Part shown: positions 24,457-35,996 of the stretch, in pieces | Numbering within the stretch: position 1 is the first letter of the stretch | Layout: the number at the start of each line of letters is the position of its first letter | Source: Halocafeteria seosinensis | Lineage: Eukaryota | Assembly (NCBI GenBank): GCA_001687465.1 | Contig: LVLI01000295.1 | Span: 248,001 to 301,924, forward strand | DNA: 53,924 nucleotides | Direction of reading: 5' to 3' | Position numbers and translations under genes: made by a program | Notes under the pieces: model-generated | The model's database searches: none | Told to the model about the DNA's origin: nothing | Seen by the model: the letters and a program-made list of their open reading frames with translations, nothing else

Positions 24457-24689
24457 TTTAACCACAATAGCTGAACTTTCACTCCCTCGTGCCAGTAACT
24501 ACTATTCCATCTCAGTAGACACCTTGTAATAACGCTTGGAGGCATCGAACTTCACGACTTCAACGAGCTCGCAGCACTTCACAGAGGCCACTAAGTCTGG
24601 GGTATTACATGAGGCCTTTTCTCGGCAGAACAGGAATGACAAGTTTTTGTTGAATAATACAGTCAGCGAGACCTTTTTTTCACGTGACG

Positions 24690-25862
24690 ATGATATCGGA
24701 TACGACGCTGCACAAGGCTGCTGGTTCCCAGCAGCCGTTGAACAGAGCGACGCATTTTCGATTACAGAGCAAAGGGATCAAAGATGTGGTAAGATTCAGG
24801 CTATTAGGGGAGTTCATTAGGATGCAAGGGATTTTCGAAAAACTCGTGCTTGTCGTCTGAGCTGCAGAGCGCACTAGGGAAGTGTACTAACGCCAAGGCC
24901 GTCTTCTTGTACGAGAACGACATAGAGGAACTGGATGAGGCCTTTGCACGTTTGAAGAGGTACGTAACCCATGTGGTTGACTTGCCGGTCGTCTGCCTTA
25001 CTGGATGGCGGGTTATTTGTGTGGCAGACTTAATATCTTAGATCTGTCTCACAACCTTCTACGAGAGATCAACCATTTGAATTGTGAGAACCTGACGAAA
25101 CTGTGAGTTATATTTCGAAACAACGAGTCTAATACATGTCTTTACTTAACATTTAACTGCATACAGCTATCTGGACCACAATAGATTGACGAAGGTGTCC
25201 CATTTGAGCGGGTGTGTAAATCTCGTGGAACTCAGTGTTTCGAACCAGCACACGCACGACCCATTGGAATTCGAAGAGGAATCTCTTCAGGCGATATCCG
25301 TAAGTGTTCTCGTAATGGTGAAGAAGACAAAGACCTCTTTTATGAGTTTCGTTGGATTTGTATACTGTTGTTTCAGGGATCACTGAAGAGACTGATCGCT
25401 TCTGGGAACCGGATGCGAACGATTGAAGATTTTCGGTGCCTGGTCAACTTGCAATATCTAGATGTTTCCGATAATCATGTGGAAGATGAAGTACAAATGC
25501 TAAGTCCGCTTCCATCCCTAATGTCATTGGAGTGGGTAGATACTCGCAATAATCCATATCACCAGCGCGTCTCTCGCTCTTGGGAAAAAGTAGTCGCCTA
25601 CACCCCGATGAGTGCTGCCACGGTGGACGACAAAACAGTTAGCTCAGAGCAGCGAGTCTTCATGAGGCGTCTCTTACACCCCAGTCTACGCCGATCAAAT
25701 TCCAATGAGAAGAACGCACGTAAGAGTGGGGAACCATTACCGGGAGTGTCAGCGGTCGGTATTCGACGTGGGTACCGAACCAATGACGAGGCTACAGCCG
25801 CCGCGCACAGATGGTACGGGAATATGGGAGAGCATGCTGGTAGCACATCAGATACTGGGTGA
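24690..25862 (+). CDS. PPP1R42: Leucine-rich repeat protein, PP1 regulatory subunit 42 (LRRC67/TLRR)-like
   Basis: Five exons (introns 24789-24867, 24960-25027, about 25103-25167 and about 25300-25376). SDS22-type LRRs 'AVFLYENDIEEL', 'LDLSHNLLREI', 'LYLDHNRLTKV', the segment 'LVELSVSNQH..DPLEFEEESLQAISGSL', and an LRR cap 'DDKTVSSEQRVF'. Confidence 0.8.
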
Positions 25863-26618
25863 AACTACCACCAAATAGTCTGGCGATATTCTACTAACAC
25901 CAAGGGAGATTTAAGCAAATTTAACTTTGGGATTTTATCGTCTGTTTGACGGTGGATATTGCTTTGTGGAAATTCGACGCAATGGTATAGCTAGGCAACG
26001 CGTTAAGGGGTAGCGACATAGCCTCTTGACAGAGTAACTTATATTGACACTTGAATAGGCTGTGAGCCTGAACTACGTTGCTGTCCCTGGATGCACCGTT
26101 CACCCTGAGGCTTATGGACTGCCCGGCAGTACCGATGGCTGGAGCGTGAACCGTGCGTGGTCCGTCGTCAACACTTATGTCTCTAATAGGGCCGCACTGA
26201 GCTACTATTGGGGTATTCCGCTTACCGTAGTTCCTATAGTGTATGACATGTATTGATTGGGACTACCAGGACGAGCACTACCGCGAAGCATGGTTCCATA
26301 TGCGAACTCGGCAGATGAGTAGATTCCTTCAGGTAGGAACCATACATGTACACGTACTAATATACACACGGCATGTGCTAAGGGGAGGGTTACAAGAAAC
26401 CTAAAAGTTACTTAATTTGCAGTTTCCCAAAGCCAAGACTCTTACACGTGCAACATAGAGGGTTAAACGAGGATACAGAATACACTTTAATCATGTTGGG
26501 TGTTCAATTCCTTTAGTACTTAGTGTCCTTCAAGGCATTCCTCTGTGCGCTGTACTCGTAACCTGTATTCGGCTGTCGATTCACGTTCCACAACCATTAC
26601 CACGCTCTTAAGGGCGAA

Positions 26619-28104
26619 TCAATCTAAATCATCCTCAGGAGGACTTGCGGAGGAACGAGTTTCACTAGAATTCCTATTGCCGCCACCAGATGACTCTCGT
26701 CCCGATTGGTGCTGACTATTAGCGGCCCGAATGCGCGATGCAATTTCCGCAAATGGGAAGCGGAAGGGCCCTAAAGAAACGCTAGTAGATTGTTGGGAAG
26801 TAGACGGTCGACTTGGTGCTTGTGTGTTACCTGTTTGTGCGTGGTATCGCTGATGAAGCAGAGCTTGGAAAGGGTTGTCAGAGCTCGATCCTCTGACATA
26901 TTGTTGAAGGCGGTTATACATTTCTTGACCTTGCGAGGGATTGCGAGCGTGGTTCCTTGCGATATGGACACGACGTAAAGATTCACCACCTTGAATCATC
27001 AACATCCCCAGAAATTGTAGCTGCTCGGACAAAGAATCAAAAACTCCTTGTAATCGTTGCCGGAGTGCTTGGTCATTACTCTCCCTAATCCCGTGTATCG
27101 CTTCAGCCGCTGAAAGGATAGGAAGTTCGGCTCCGTGGAGGACACGATGCAACGACCTGAGCAGAGAGGAAACTCTACGTTCCCCAGTAGCACTGCTACC
27201 AGCATGCACTTCGACATTGGGAAGTGAACGGTTCATCAGCTGCCGCAGAGAATGCGCTGCAGTCTCCAGACGATGCATAGCAGCTGGTCCATTGTTTCTC
27301 TGAGTGTTATTTCCTTCCGAGTTAGTTGCATCGGAATGGGTAGAAGCACTTGTTTCATTTGCTGTGCTTTCCGTACTACCGTTCGAGCCTTCAGAGCCGT
27401 ACGCCACTCGAACGTGAGGGTCCAAGGGAGCAGGGTCATTATGAGGAGTGCCTGTCGTTGCAGGTTGATTACCCCCTTGCTGATTAGGAGGCTGAAATGC
27501 TTGTTGTAAAGCCGTTTGAATACGTCCGATTATCTGCAAGATATTGTGTATGTATGAGATAGCAGGGGCACGCTATGTTTCAAGACTGTGCACTTACCTG
27601 TGGAATTGAGGCTTCTTCAGCGTCCACCACCATGGTCATAGCCGGTCCCTCCTGGTAGACTTGATGATTACCACCGCGTTCTTGCTCTTCTTCACTATGC
27701 GACTGGTGATGATTCCCATTCGACTGCTGTGACTGTTGCCGCACAAGGAGATGTATGGTGGAGCCATCTCCAAGGTGGCTGTATTCCCTAAGGCGATGCT
27801 CATCATTCATGATTCTTCCACAAAAGATCAACTTTTGTTGCTCTTGTTCGACACTGGTCCTCTCGCGGAGGATTTCTTTGATTTCACGAACTGTAGTCTC
27901 CCTGCCATGATTGGCAGTAATCTCAAGGTCTTCGTTACTTCCTACACGACGTACACGCAGTTTGAGTCCCGATTCCTCCATCCCATTCTGACAGCTTCCA
28001 CTCATTTGTGTGTCCTTAGGCTGTTCTCCACCGCCAGCGGCGGCTGCGCCTCCCTCATCTTCTGGGGCGCTTTCGTACAAACTATCATCGTCTTCGTCAC
28101 TCAT
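26619..28104 (-). CDS. Ubiquitin-like domain protein, BAG6/Scythe-like N-terminus
   Basis: UBL 'LKLRVRRV...TTVREIKEILRERTSVEQEQQKLIFCGRIMNDEHRLREY...DGSTIHLLVR'. Intron at 27597-27534. Exon 2 has a helical segment between low-complexity regions. Confidence 0.78.
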
Positions 28105-28789
28105 TATACGCTGGTACTTTATCAATGGAAACCTGTGGATATTCCAGAGGCTGGGGTGTACCTATGTGCTTCGCCTCCTTCAATCTCCTCCAATTCAGAG
28201 GAAGATCGGGATCCACAACAGAGAATAGGAAATAATCGCAGTTTATTTATAATTTATCGAGTTTTCGGCGTTTGATGATACATACACCATGCGTATATCG
28301 CCTCGATGACCAGGTTCCTTCTTTTCTTCTGTGAGGCGACGAAAAGATTGGTACTTGCTGAGAAGCGAGGAACTGAAGTTGGTAAACAAGGTTGTAGTGC
28401 AACAGCGAAGGGTTAAGAGCTACGAGCTAATTTTCCCTTAAAGCTAGGGAAGAAGGTGTTGTTGGCGGTTATAGTCGCCATTTCGAAACAATTACGTCGC
28501 ATACACAGAGTAAGGCTGAGATGACGCGCTCACGCGTGCAATAAGACATACAGCAGTAGTACAACGTTGTACCAGTGTAGTCGTAGGGAAGAATGCAAGG
28601 CAAGGTACTTTGTGGCGAAAGTCGAAGTTTGGACTCAGCAGGCATGAGTGAGTTTCTTTGCCCACAGAGTCATCATGATCCATGTTTATGTTGACAAGTG
28701 AAACCCTCTACATTATTCAAACGTTACAGCGAAGTGAAGCGACTGGAACAGGAAGTGATGCATCTTAAGTTGTTTAGCCTGGGCGCCAA

Positions 28790-30088
28790 TCAGTTTGCAC
28801 GCGTTGTAGTGTTACTGACGCAAATGGTACTGTTGTACGGAGACCAAAAATGCGTATGGAGGCCATCCTTTGCATCCCATCCCTTTCTCTTTCCCGTCCA
28901 GTGGAGAATGTTGGCTTTAAGTAGCTCCTGTTTACTAAGACGAGGATTCCAGCCAAGACTAGCATAATTCCACGTATTGGAAATATTCTCAACACGGCCA
29001 CCCACCCCCATCAACATTGGGGCATTGTATCCATACTTATATAGTTTCTTCCTTGTATTCGCGACGAGCCAGTACTCTATATTTTCCGTTATGTTTTGTT
29101 CAGCCCATCGCAAAAGGTGGTGTACACACACACCATTGTTATACGCCGGACTCCTTGGATCAACTGCCTTCGGAGTACCAGCGTACAGACGATTCCATTC
29201 TACAAGATCCGGGTGCATGAAATTGATTCCGTAATACCGAAGAGAGATCATCTTTGTATTCCTCAACGCCATCGCTATGGGATAACTAGTATTACGGAGA
29301 GTCTGATGATACAGATCATTTATGTTTCCATGAACGATGGTGTCTGTATCCAAGTATACAACTTTCTCCGGAAGCGGTTCGGGTACTCTACTCTTGTCGC
29401 GAAGTAACTTGTGCATGTACATCCTCGCAAAGTTCAGCGGTGATGACATGTTCGGCAAATCTGAATGCTCTCTGTATGATATCTGCCACTTAGGGTTGAA
29501 CTCGTAAATATTGAAAGGAATAACAAAGTAGCCAAGCACGCTGTCCGAGAGTGGCTTCCTGGTCTTCGTGTGGTTATACCGCTCCATCATACACTGGACG
29601 CTTTTCTTGATGTCGTAATGGTCCTCAGGGGCGCTCAGAATATACACGCGCAAGTACTCTGGCTCTTTGCTGTTTTCTACGGCAGACCTTAGACTTGCTA
29701 ATAATCCTCGTAAAGTCTTTGCATCGCTGCTCTCTACCATATGAGCGACTTTGGAGCGGAATTCATCATCAATTAGGGGAGTTTTTTGTGTCATTGCCCC
29801 TGCTGGTTGACCCTTTTTTGTGCTAATGATATGACCTACAGCCCGTGGTGGTTCTAGAGGTGTGCGCCTTAAAATCGTAACATACTGATAGCTCACCAGT
29901 GAGAGCGCACCGACTGCGAGCGCCACGAAACTAATGAGGACTATTCGATAGACCGAAGTGACTTTCCCCCTATGTTTCGTCCCAGTCGTGCCATGCGTAA
30001 CTTTGCTGTTTGTGCTGCCATTATGCATTGTGCTGGTGCTGGGGTGATTCAATGTGTGGTGTTCACCAGCAGGTGTCGCATAAGTCAT
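28790..30088 (-). CDS. Glycosyltransferase family 8 (GLT8D/GATL-like), type II membrane protein
   Basis: Single exon. N-terminal TM 'IVLISFVALAVGALSLVSY'. Motifs 'NFARMYM', DxD 'VVYLDTDTIV', 'WNYASLG' and 'ILHWTGKRKGW'. Confidence 0.9.
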   Translation of the reverse strand: MTYATPAGEHHTLNHPSTSTMHNGSTNSKVTHGTTGTKHRGKVTSVYRIVLISFVALAVGALSLVSYQYVTILRRTPLEPPRAVGHIISTKKGQPAGAMTQKTPLIDDEFRSKVAHMVESSDAKTLRGLLASLRSAVENSKEPEYLRVYILSAPEDHYDIKKSVQCMMERYNHTKTRKPLSDSVLGYFVIPFNIYEFNPKWQISYREHSDLPNMSSPLNFARMYMHKLLRDKSRVPEPLPEKVVYLDTDTIVHGNINDLYHQTLRNTSYPIAMALRNTKMISLRYYGINFMHPDLVEWNRLYAGTPKAVDPRSPAYNNGVCVHHLLRWAEQNITENIEYWLVANTRKKLYKYGYNAPMLMGVGGRVENISNTWNYASLGWNPRLSKQELLKANILHWTGKRKGWDAKDGLHTHFWSPYNSTICVSNTTTRAN

Positions 30089-30714
30089 TCTCCACCACCG
30101 CGTACAATGCTGGCAAAATCACACCCACTGAACTAATAGTATAATACGATGTAATTAAGTACGACGCTACAAATCTAGGATTCTAATCATTCTATTCCCA
30201 AGTGATTCCAATTGTATTGTATACTGTATACAGCTCCAAACGACTGGCAGTTACCTGACGCAGAAATTGCGACGTTCTTGGGTCGCACGACACGATGTTG
30301 TGGCTTCCAAAATTATGGCATAAATTCACCTTCATGATCTTTCGTGACAGGGCTAGAGGGGATACTGATTGTCGGAAGAAGCGAGTTGACATCTTATACT
30401 TCTGGTAAACAAACACGGCGATGCAGTTCTCACCCGTGGCCCGCGTCACGGAATTCATAATTCATGCACGTCAATATTTGATCTGGAACACAGAATAGCT
30501 CAACCCAAAAAATACAAATCATCAGTCACGCCTATGAAATGACAACGTCTTATAAACTCCGAAGAGCAAAGTCGGCGATGGTACGACATCACGAGGAAGA
30601 GCGCCACTCTAAACTGGATGAACAGTCTTGTCTACCACTGGACACTATTCAATGAGATGATGCAAAATAGCTAGTACAACTTCTTCTGCCACGTCTTCCC
30701 GCCTTTCAAATTGC

Positions 30715-32103
30715 TTAATCATCCCGAAAAGGGAGGCCTCCAAACATATCACCAACTCCGATTATGCCGTTTGGTTCTTCAAAGCCTACTCTCAAAAACG
30801 ATCGCTCGAATATTTCACCAGCGTCGTGTCTTTCAATCCATTGTTTCCATCTTTTCTCATAAATATTGCGTTCTTTCATGTACCAGCGGATGAGAGGAAA
30901 TGATACTGAATCGAACCGAAGGCAACTGATAGAGCCCGGGGATATACTCCTGGGCTCGATAGCCGTGGTCGTCCCACCACTGTTGAAAACAATTTGTGGA
31001 GATAATGAACGATCAAGAAGCATTACAAGACGGCGAAACTGGAGTGGATAAAATCGTTCCAGAAGCCTCAATCTTTCATGAAAGTGTTGGTACGCACGCT
31101 CTAACTGTGGTTCGTGTAATGGTTTACCATAGTCAGGCTCTTTTTCTTCTTCCCGAATCGACTCGTCATACCTCGACCAAAATACTTCCTCAGCGTCATT
31201 TAGCTGCGTATAAATATAAAGGTCATTAAAGAAACCTAATAACGTTAAGAATGCGAAAACGTGGGTACGTACTGCTCGGCACAGGTATTCCCTACGGATA
31301 GCTTCTCTTCGGCCGTCATGGATTGCCATAGCTATAGCTAATATGAAAAACACAGAAAATATGCAAACCACTTCGAAGTAATACTCCCTGGATGGTTCTT
31401 CATCAGCGGGTACCAAAACGGACATCCCCTCCGGACTATGGATTTTCGTCGCCGCTGCCATTTCGAGAAGAGAGTGAATATGCTCCTCAAACCGGTTGAT
31501 AATATGATCTATTCCCTCAGACGATGTGATATCCTGGGGTATACGAACATCTTGGAGCCATTCGTGGTTCAGCCACGTCCGCGAAACTATCTTGCTCAAA
31601 CCAACACCCCGGGATGTTCCAACTTGGGAGTCCTCCGCAGCCACGAAGAGCAGTATCCCATTGGAATAGTCCACATGTCCGACACGAACATGACTCATCA
31701 ACGAATTCGCTGCTTCTTGAACATTTGTTGAATTCACGTATGACCCGCGATCCTTGGAAGTGAGGGGAACGTAACTCGCAAAACACATCACCAGATCCAC
31801 ACCATATTTCTCAGCAAGTATTTCCAAGCGAGAATCTATGTATTCAGGGTCTTCCAATTTTACACCTTGAGTAAATACCCGGTGTTTAGCGCTCCTGCCT
31901 CTGGTAGGCCAGTGTCGTAGCCACTCCTCTATGCCCTGGTCGCGAACATGTCGACTCCACTGATGCTTGACGTCTCCAGAACTTCCACCAAATCTGGCTA
32001 TGCTTTGAGAATTCCATAAGGACGGTACTCTGGAAATCTGAGAGGGAATACACCGCCTCTGGTGTAGCAGAAGGGCAGGAATGCGAGAGTACAAGATACA
32101 CAT
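30715..32103 (-). CDS. TPM (TLP18.3/Psb32/MOLO-1) domain protein with transmembrane helix and presequence-like N-terminus
   Basis: Single exon. 'IDSRLEILAEKYGVDLVMC...NGILLFVAAEDSQVGTSRGVGLSKIV' resembles the TPM consensus. TM 'YYFEVVCIFSVFFILAIAMAI'. The first ~38 aa are Arg/Ser-rich with no acidic residues. Confidence 0.7.
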   Translation of the reverse strand: MCILYSRIPALLLHQRRCIPSQISRVPSLWNSQSIARFGGSSGDVKHQWSRHVRDQGIEEWLRHWPTRGRSAKHRVFTQGVKLEDPEYIDSRLEILAEKYGVDLVMCFASYVPLTSKDRGSYVNSTNVQEAANSLMSHVRVGHVDYSNGILLFVAAEDSQVGTSRGVGLSKIVSRTWLNHEWLQDVRIPQDITSSEGIDHIINRFEEHIHSLLEMAAATKIHSPEGMSVLVPADEEPSREYYFEVVCIFSVFFILAIAMAIHDGRREAIRREYLCRAVRTHVFAFLTLLGFFNDLYIYTQLNDAEEVFWSRYDESIREEEKEPDYGKPLHEPQLERAYQHFHERLRLLERFYPLQFRRLVMLLDRSLSPQIVFNSGGTTTAIEPRSISPGSISCLRFDSVSFPLIRWYMKERNIYEKRWKQWIERHDAGEIFERSFLRVGFEEPNGIIGVGDMFGGLPFRDD

Positions 32104-32444
32104 ACTTCACAGACGCCGTGATACGCCTGTATTTTTCCACTCCAATTTCCAATCATTCTCAAAACGCGTCGGGATGATTTAGACGGGATGGTTGGAAGAA
32201 CAAACAATACCAAGTATTATCCCGTGTCCCAAGGCTTCCAGCTACGAGCATGAAGGAAATGTCATCCATCCAGGTAAAGTTGAAGTATCTAGTCGATGAG
32301 TCGACGATGACCTTATGCTGGGTTTTGTTAACTTAGATAGCTCTAAACAGTATATATTGGCTTCGCAAAATGTCATTCATGTTATGATCTAATTGTGCAG
32401 ACTGGTGTCTGCACCGTACTTAGTGGTACCGGATTCTGCATTAA

Positions 32445-33190
32445 ATGGAGAGCCTGCCGGAAGATCAGCAAGATGAGTTGGAGGCATTGCAAGCTGTATA
32501 TCAACCTCATGAACTAACTATTTCCGGAGTTGACGAGGAAAAGCAACACTATTCCAACCCTGAGGAGAAATGCGTAAAGGTTGTGGTTCGTGTGGTCCCC
32601 TTCGAAGAGCAAGACCTCGAGACGGAGAATCAACGAGCTGCTGAATTGACAGTGGAGTGGCATCCGGGTAAGACAACAATGAAGTCAGGGTTCTACAGAG
32701 TGTTAGTTCAATCTTGGTAAATTCGTGTGCTTCAGATTACCCCAACAGTCTACCCAAAATGACCATTACCGGGTCACATGATGCATTTCCTATCGACAAG
32801 GAAATAGCATCCCAGGCTGTGGACCACTTACGACAGTGTGGGGAGGAATTTTTGGGGATGTCAATGACGTCAACTCTGGTCGAAATGCTTCGCGAAAATC
32901 TAGAAAATTGGGGAATTCCTAGCCCAATGGAGCGGAAAGATGAAAAACCAGTCGTGTCACTATGGGAAGAAGCACAAAGTCGAGGTGGCACAGTGGAAGG
33001 CAAAGCAGCTTCCAGCGAAGCACCCAAGCTTGATCAGGATCAGCATTCAGCTGGAACAACTGCCGAGAAAATGACAAAAAACCAGAAGCGAAAGTACCAT
33101 GATAAGTTTGGAGCCAATAAAGGTGAATACCGTGGCTGGAATTGGGTTGATGTTTTATCACACTTGAGAAAGACGGGAAATTCCAACTGA
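32445..33190 (+). CDS. RWDD4: RWD domain-containing protein 4-like
   Basis: 'EDQQDELEALQAVY', the YPxxxP motif 'DYPNSLP' after intron 32668-32735, 'LGMSMTSTLVE', and the C-terminal 'RGWNWVDVLSHLRKTG' typical of RWDD4. Confidence 0.88.
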
Positions 33191-33924
33191 GAACACTACA
33201 GTTGAAGTCCCACGACGTCCAGGGACGTTCGCAACAAGCTCTATAGACGCCACAGACATATTACCGCTAGTGCCTCGATCTAACTTCTGTCTGTCATTTG
33301 CCTTACGGAGATTGGAATATCCCAGCAGCGGAGCAGTGATCCCACTTCCACCCTGTTCTTGTTCCCAAAGCTCCCTTTCTTGCAACAGAGATACCCCATA
33401 TCGACGGTATACACGTCCATATTCTTGTAACCATAGCTCTACACGATCTCAACACTATACAAACAATCCCAACAAATCATTGGGGGCTCCTACACAAAGA
33501 GGGGATACCTTATTCTTGGTTGTTTTCCCGTGTCCATCGGAACATCTGAGTCATACACCCGGAGCGGTGTTCCTTACAGGCTTTTCTCGAGACACAACGC
33601 ACCTGTTGTGGATTTCTAGGGATTGTCAGCCCGTACCTAGCATCCCTTTCAACTGCCAATATATCATACAAGGGAGAAGAGCGTTGTGTATTTCCAAAGG
33701 TAAGGGGTTTGCGGCGGTGTGAACTTGAGAGCGTGGGTGTGTGTGTTCCTGAGGCAGACTATTACCTGCTTTATATGAGTCGTCTGGCCGTGATATATCC
33801 ATATTAAGCTTATTACATCAGCCACTATCTCTGTGTGCCTCCAAGCAGATTGTCGAAAACCATGGGGGGACGCTTTTAGCTGTGGTTATTCGAACTCAAC
33901 CATATCGACAGACACGATCCTACC

Positions 33925-34224
33925 ATGAGCGACGTGGAGGAACTCAAGAGACGCATTGAAGCCCTCGAGAAAGAACTGGGTAAGTAGAATCGGATGAGTA
34001 GTGGCAAGGGCATGTTGACTGGCACGAATGATCTCATTGCTGCAGCTCTTCCAAACGAAAATGGTGAGGAGGCCGGCAACCCTGGACCTCTGGTGGCTCA
34101 ATTACAGCAGCTACAAGCTGAAAACAAGTACTTAAAACAGCAATTAGAAAAGGCAAACTATAGAATCGAACATTTAAAACATCATCTGGAGCAGAAGATA
34201 AACGAGGAAGAAAAACAACAGTAG
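33925..34224 (+). CDS. Small (~77 aa) coiled-coil protein
   Basis: ATG at 33925 and intron 33980-34045 give MSDVEELKRRIEALEKELALPNENG...LQAENKYLKQQLEKANYRIEHLKHHLE. Confidence 0.65.
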
Positions 34225-34792
34225 GAAGCGCGTACCAAACGAAGTTGTCGTCGTAGGCAGGCACGGGTTCAACGTCGCTGCTATTAGTTATAACCTGGCC
34301 TTTCTTGAGATGTTACTGTCGTCTGCTACAATTAATGAGACAATTTTTTAAACCGGCACTTTCAGCCTGCTTTTTCTTCGTTAAGGCAACGCGTTAGTGA
34401 TCACTCGGTTGTTTGAGAGCGACTTGGGGAGTCCAATGGGGACACAACATGGTAGGGTCTTTGAACTTCTTCAGGACTGATTGAAGAATTGTATGACCAT
34501 GAGCCCCATATGGCATGAAGATGTAGGATTAGTTTGATATTTCCCTCCTTCAGCCGGCTAAATTCCCCCAATTCCTGCGAATGGTGAAGGGAGATGAAGG
34601 CAGTACACAGCACTACTGCACATAATAGAATCGCAAGGGACTAAGTCCTTCGTTTTATTGAATTGATATTTAGTTCTTCGACCATCGCATCTTCAGACAA
34701 CACATGATGACTGTATTTTGATTGAGGTGAGGCGTGTAACTACAACTACCGCGTTGTTCGATTTCGTCTTAGCGCAGTGCTTGTCACCCCAG

Positions 34793-35200
34793 GGCTATCT
34801 GTCACATTTGTGTGTGTGTGTGAGTTAAGTTAGCTTGATCACACAGAAGAAGCCCCGAATACGTTGTAGACGATCCATAGTCCGGAGCCCCTCAATAACA
34901 CAAATCTTGAGCACCGCCTTTCTGTGTTCCTCTGGAACATGTTCTGGGCAACGGAAAATTATAAGCGATCTTCCTTTCATGCGAACTACATCGTTTCTTC
35001 ATTCTGCTGAAGCGTAGTTAAGCTTAAGTTTGCAATGGCTTCCAGAGTTTAGGTGCTCCTCCTTTTATCCTTGGGTTGAAGCACCAAATTTCAGACTTAT
35101 CTGAGTACACCGCAGAAGCATTCGAGTTTGGGATCAGAAAATACAAGATTCTGCCGTGATTGTATCACCCTGCTCACACACACATATGTGACAGATAACC
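34793..35200. mobile_element. MITE-like non-autonomous element (~410 bp) bounded by terminal inverted repeats
   Basis: Left repeat 34793-34824 is GGCTATCTGTCACATTTGTGTGTGTGTGTGAG. The reverse complement of the right repeat 35173-35200 is GGTTATCTGTCACATATGTGTGTGTGAG. No recognisable transposase inside and no clean TSD. Confidence 0.65.
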
Positions 35201-35996
35201 TACCGGCCGGGGAGTTGACCGCATCCTCTTAACGAGGAGCGGTATGCCCCCGTGTTAAGCAGCGACGGGCCCGCTGTTCCTGCAGCCTTGCTGACATGCG
35301 CCGTGAGGGAACACAACACTGGTTTTGCTCAGGAGGCATCAGAGGAGGAGCACAGGTACTACAATTTATACCACGGTATTCTGGAATTCCTGATGCACAA
35401 ACGAGCGGTTAAAAGTTTTATATATTTGGCGATTGGACGCGTGCCATTCATTCCAATGTAGCTCCCAGTGCACCTGCGGTCCAACGAATTCCAATTCCAT
35501 GGACTTCGTTGAACGAACTACACACGCAAACAGCTTAACACGCTGATGTATACATGTATCAAACAGTCGAGTCATTCCATGATCCTGCTTTTCGGTCCTT
35601 GAGAGGCATATCAAGGGAACCTATGATATTGATCCGCACAGAAGTCATTGTGAGACCAACTACCTAGCGTCATGTGGCCACCAACTTGCTTACCAAAAAC
35701 TTGGCAACTTCCCAGCTATAGGACGACAATCATTTCTTGCAGTTACAGGCTTGGAATTCTTCGACGTCGAACATGGGCATTTTCACCCTTTTCACCCTTT
35801 CTAGCACCACGTAAAAAGGTATGTTTGTCCCTTCTGAAGCATACGTTGTAGTATCATTCAAGCAGGTGTGCTCCGTAAGTGGAGAGAGCAGAATTAGGGT
35901 GGGAAAAAGAGGAAGAAATTGCCAGCCTTCGTACTTGATTGCCCCATCTGTTGCAAGAGAGACATATAAAGAGACGGGAAAGAAAGTATAGAAACG

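Noticed and set aside
33200..33900. Short ORFs on both strands downstream of RWDD4
   Set aside because: No phase-consistent gene model or recognisable protein motif.
35779..35801. 10-bp tandem duplication TTTTCACCCT
   Set aside because: Only two copies; too short to be a telomeric array or functional repeat.
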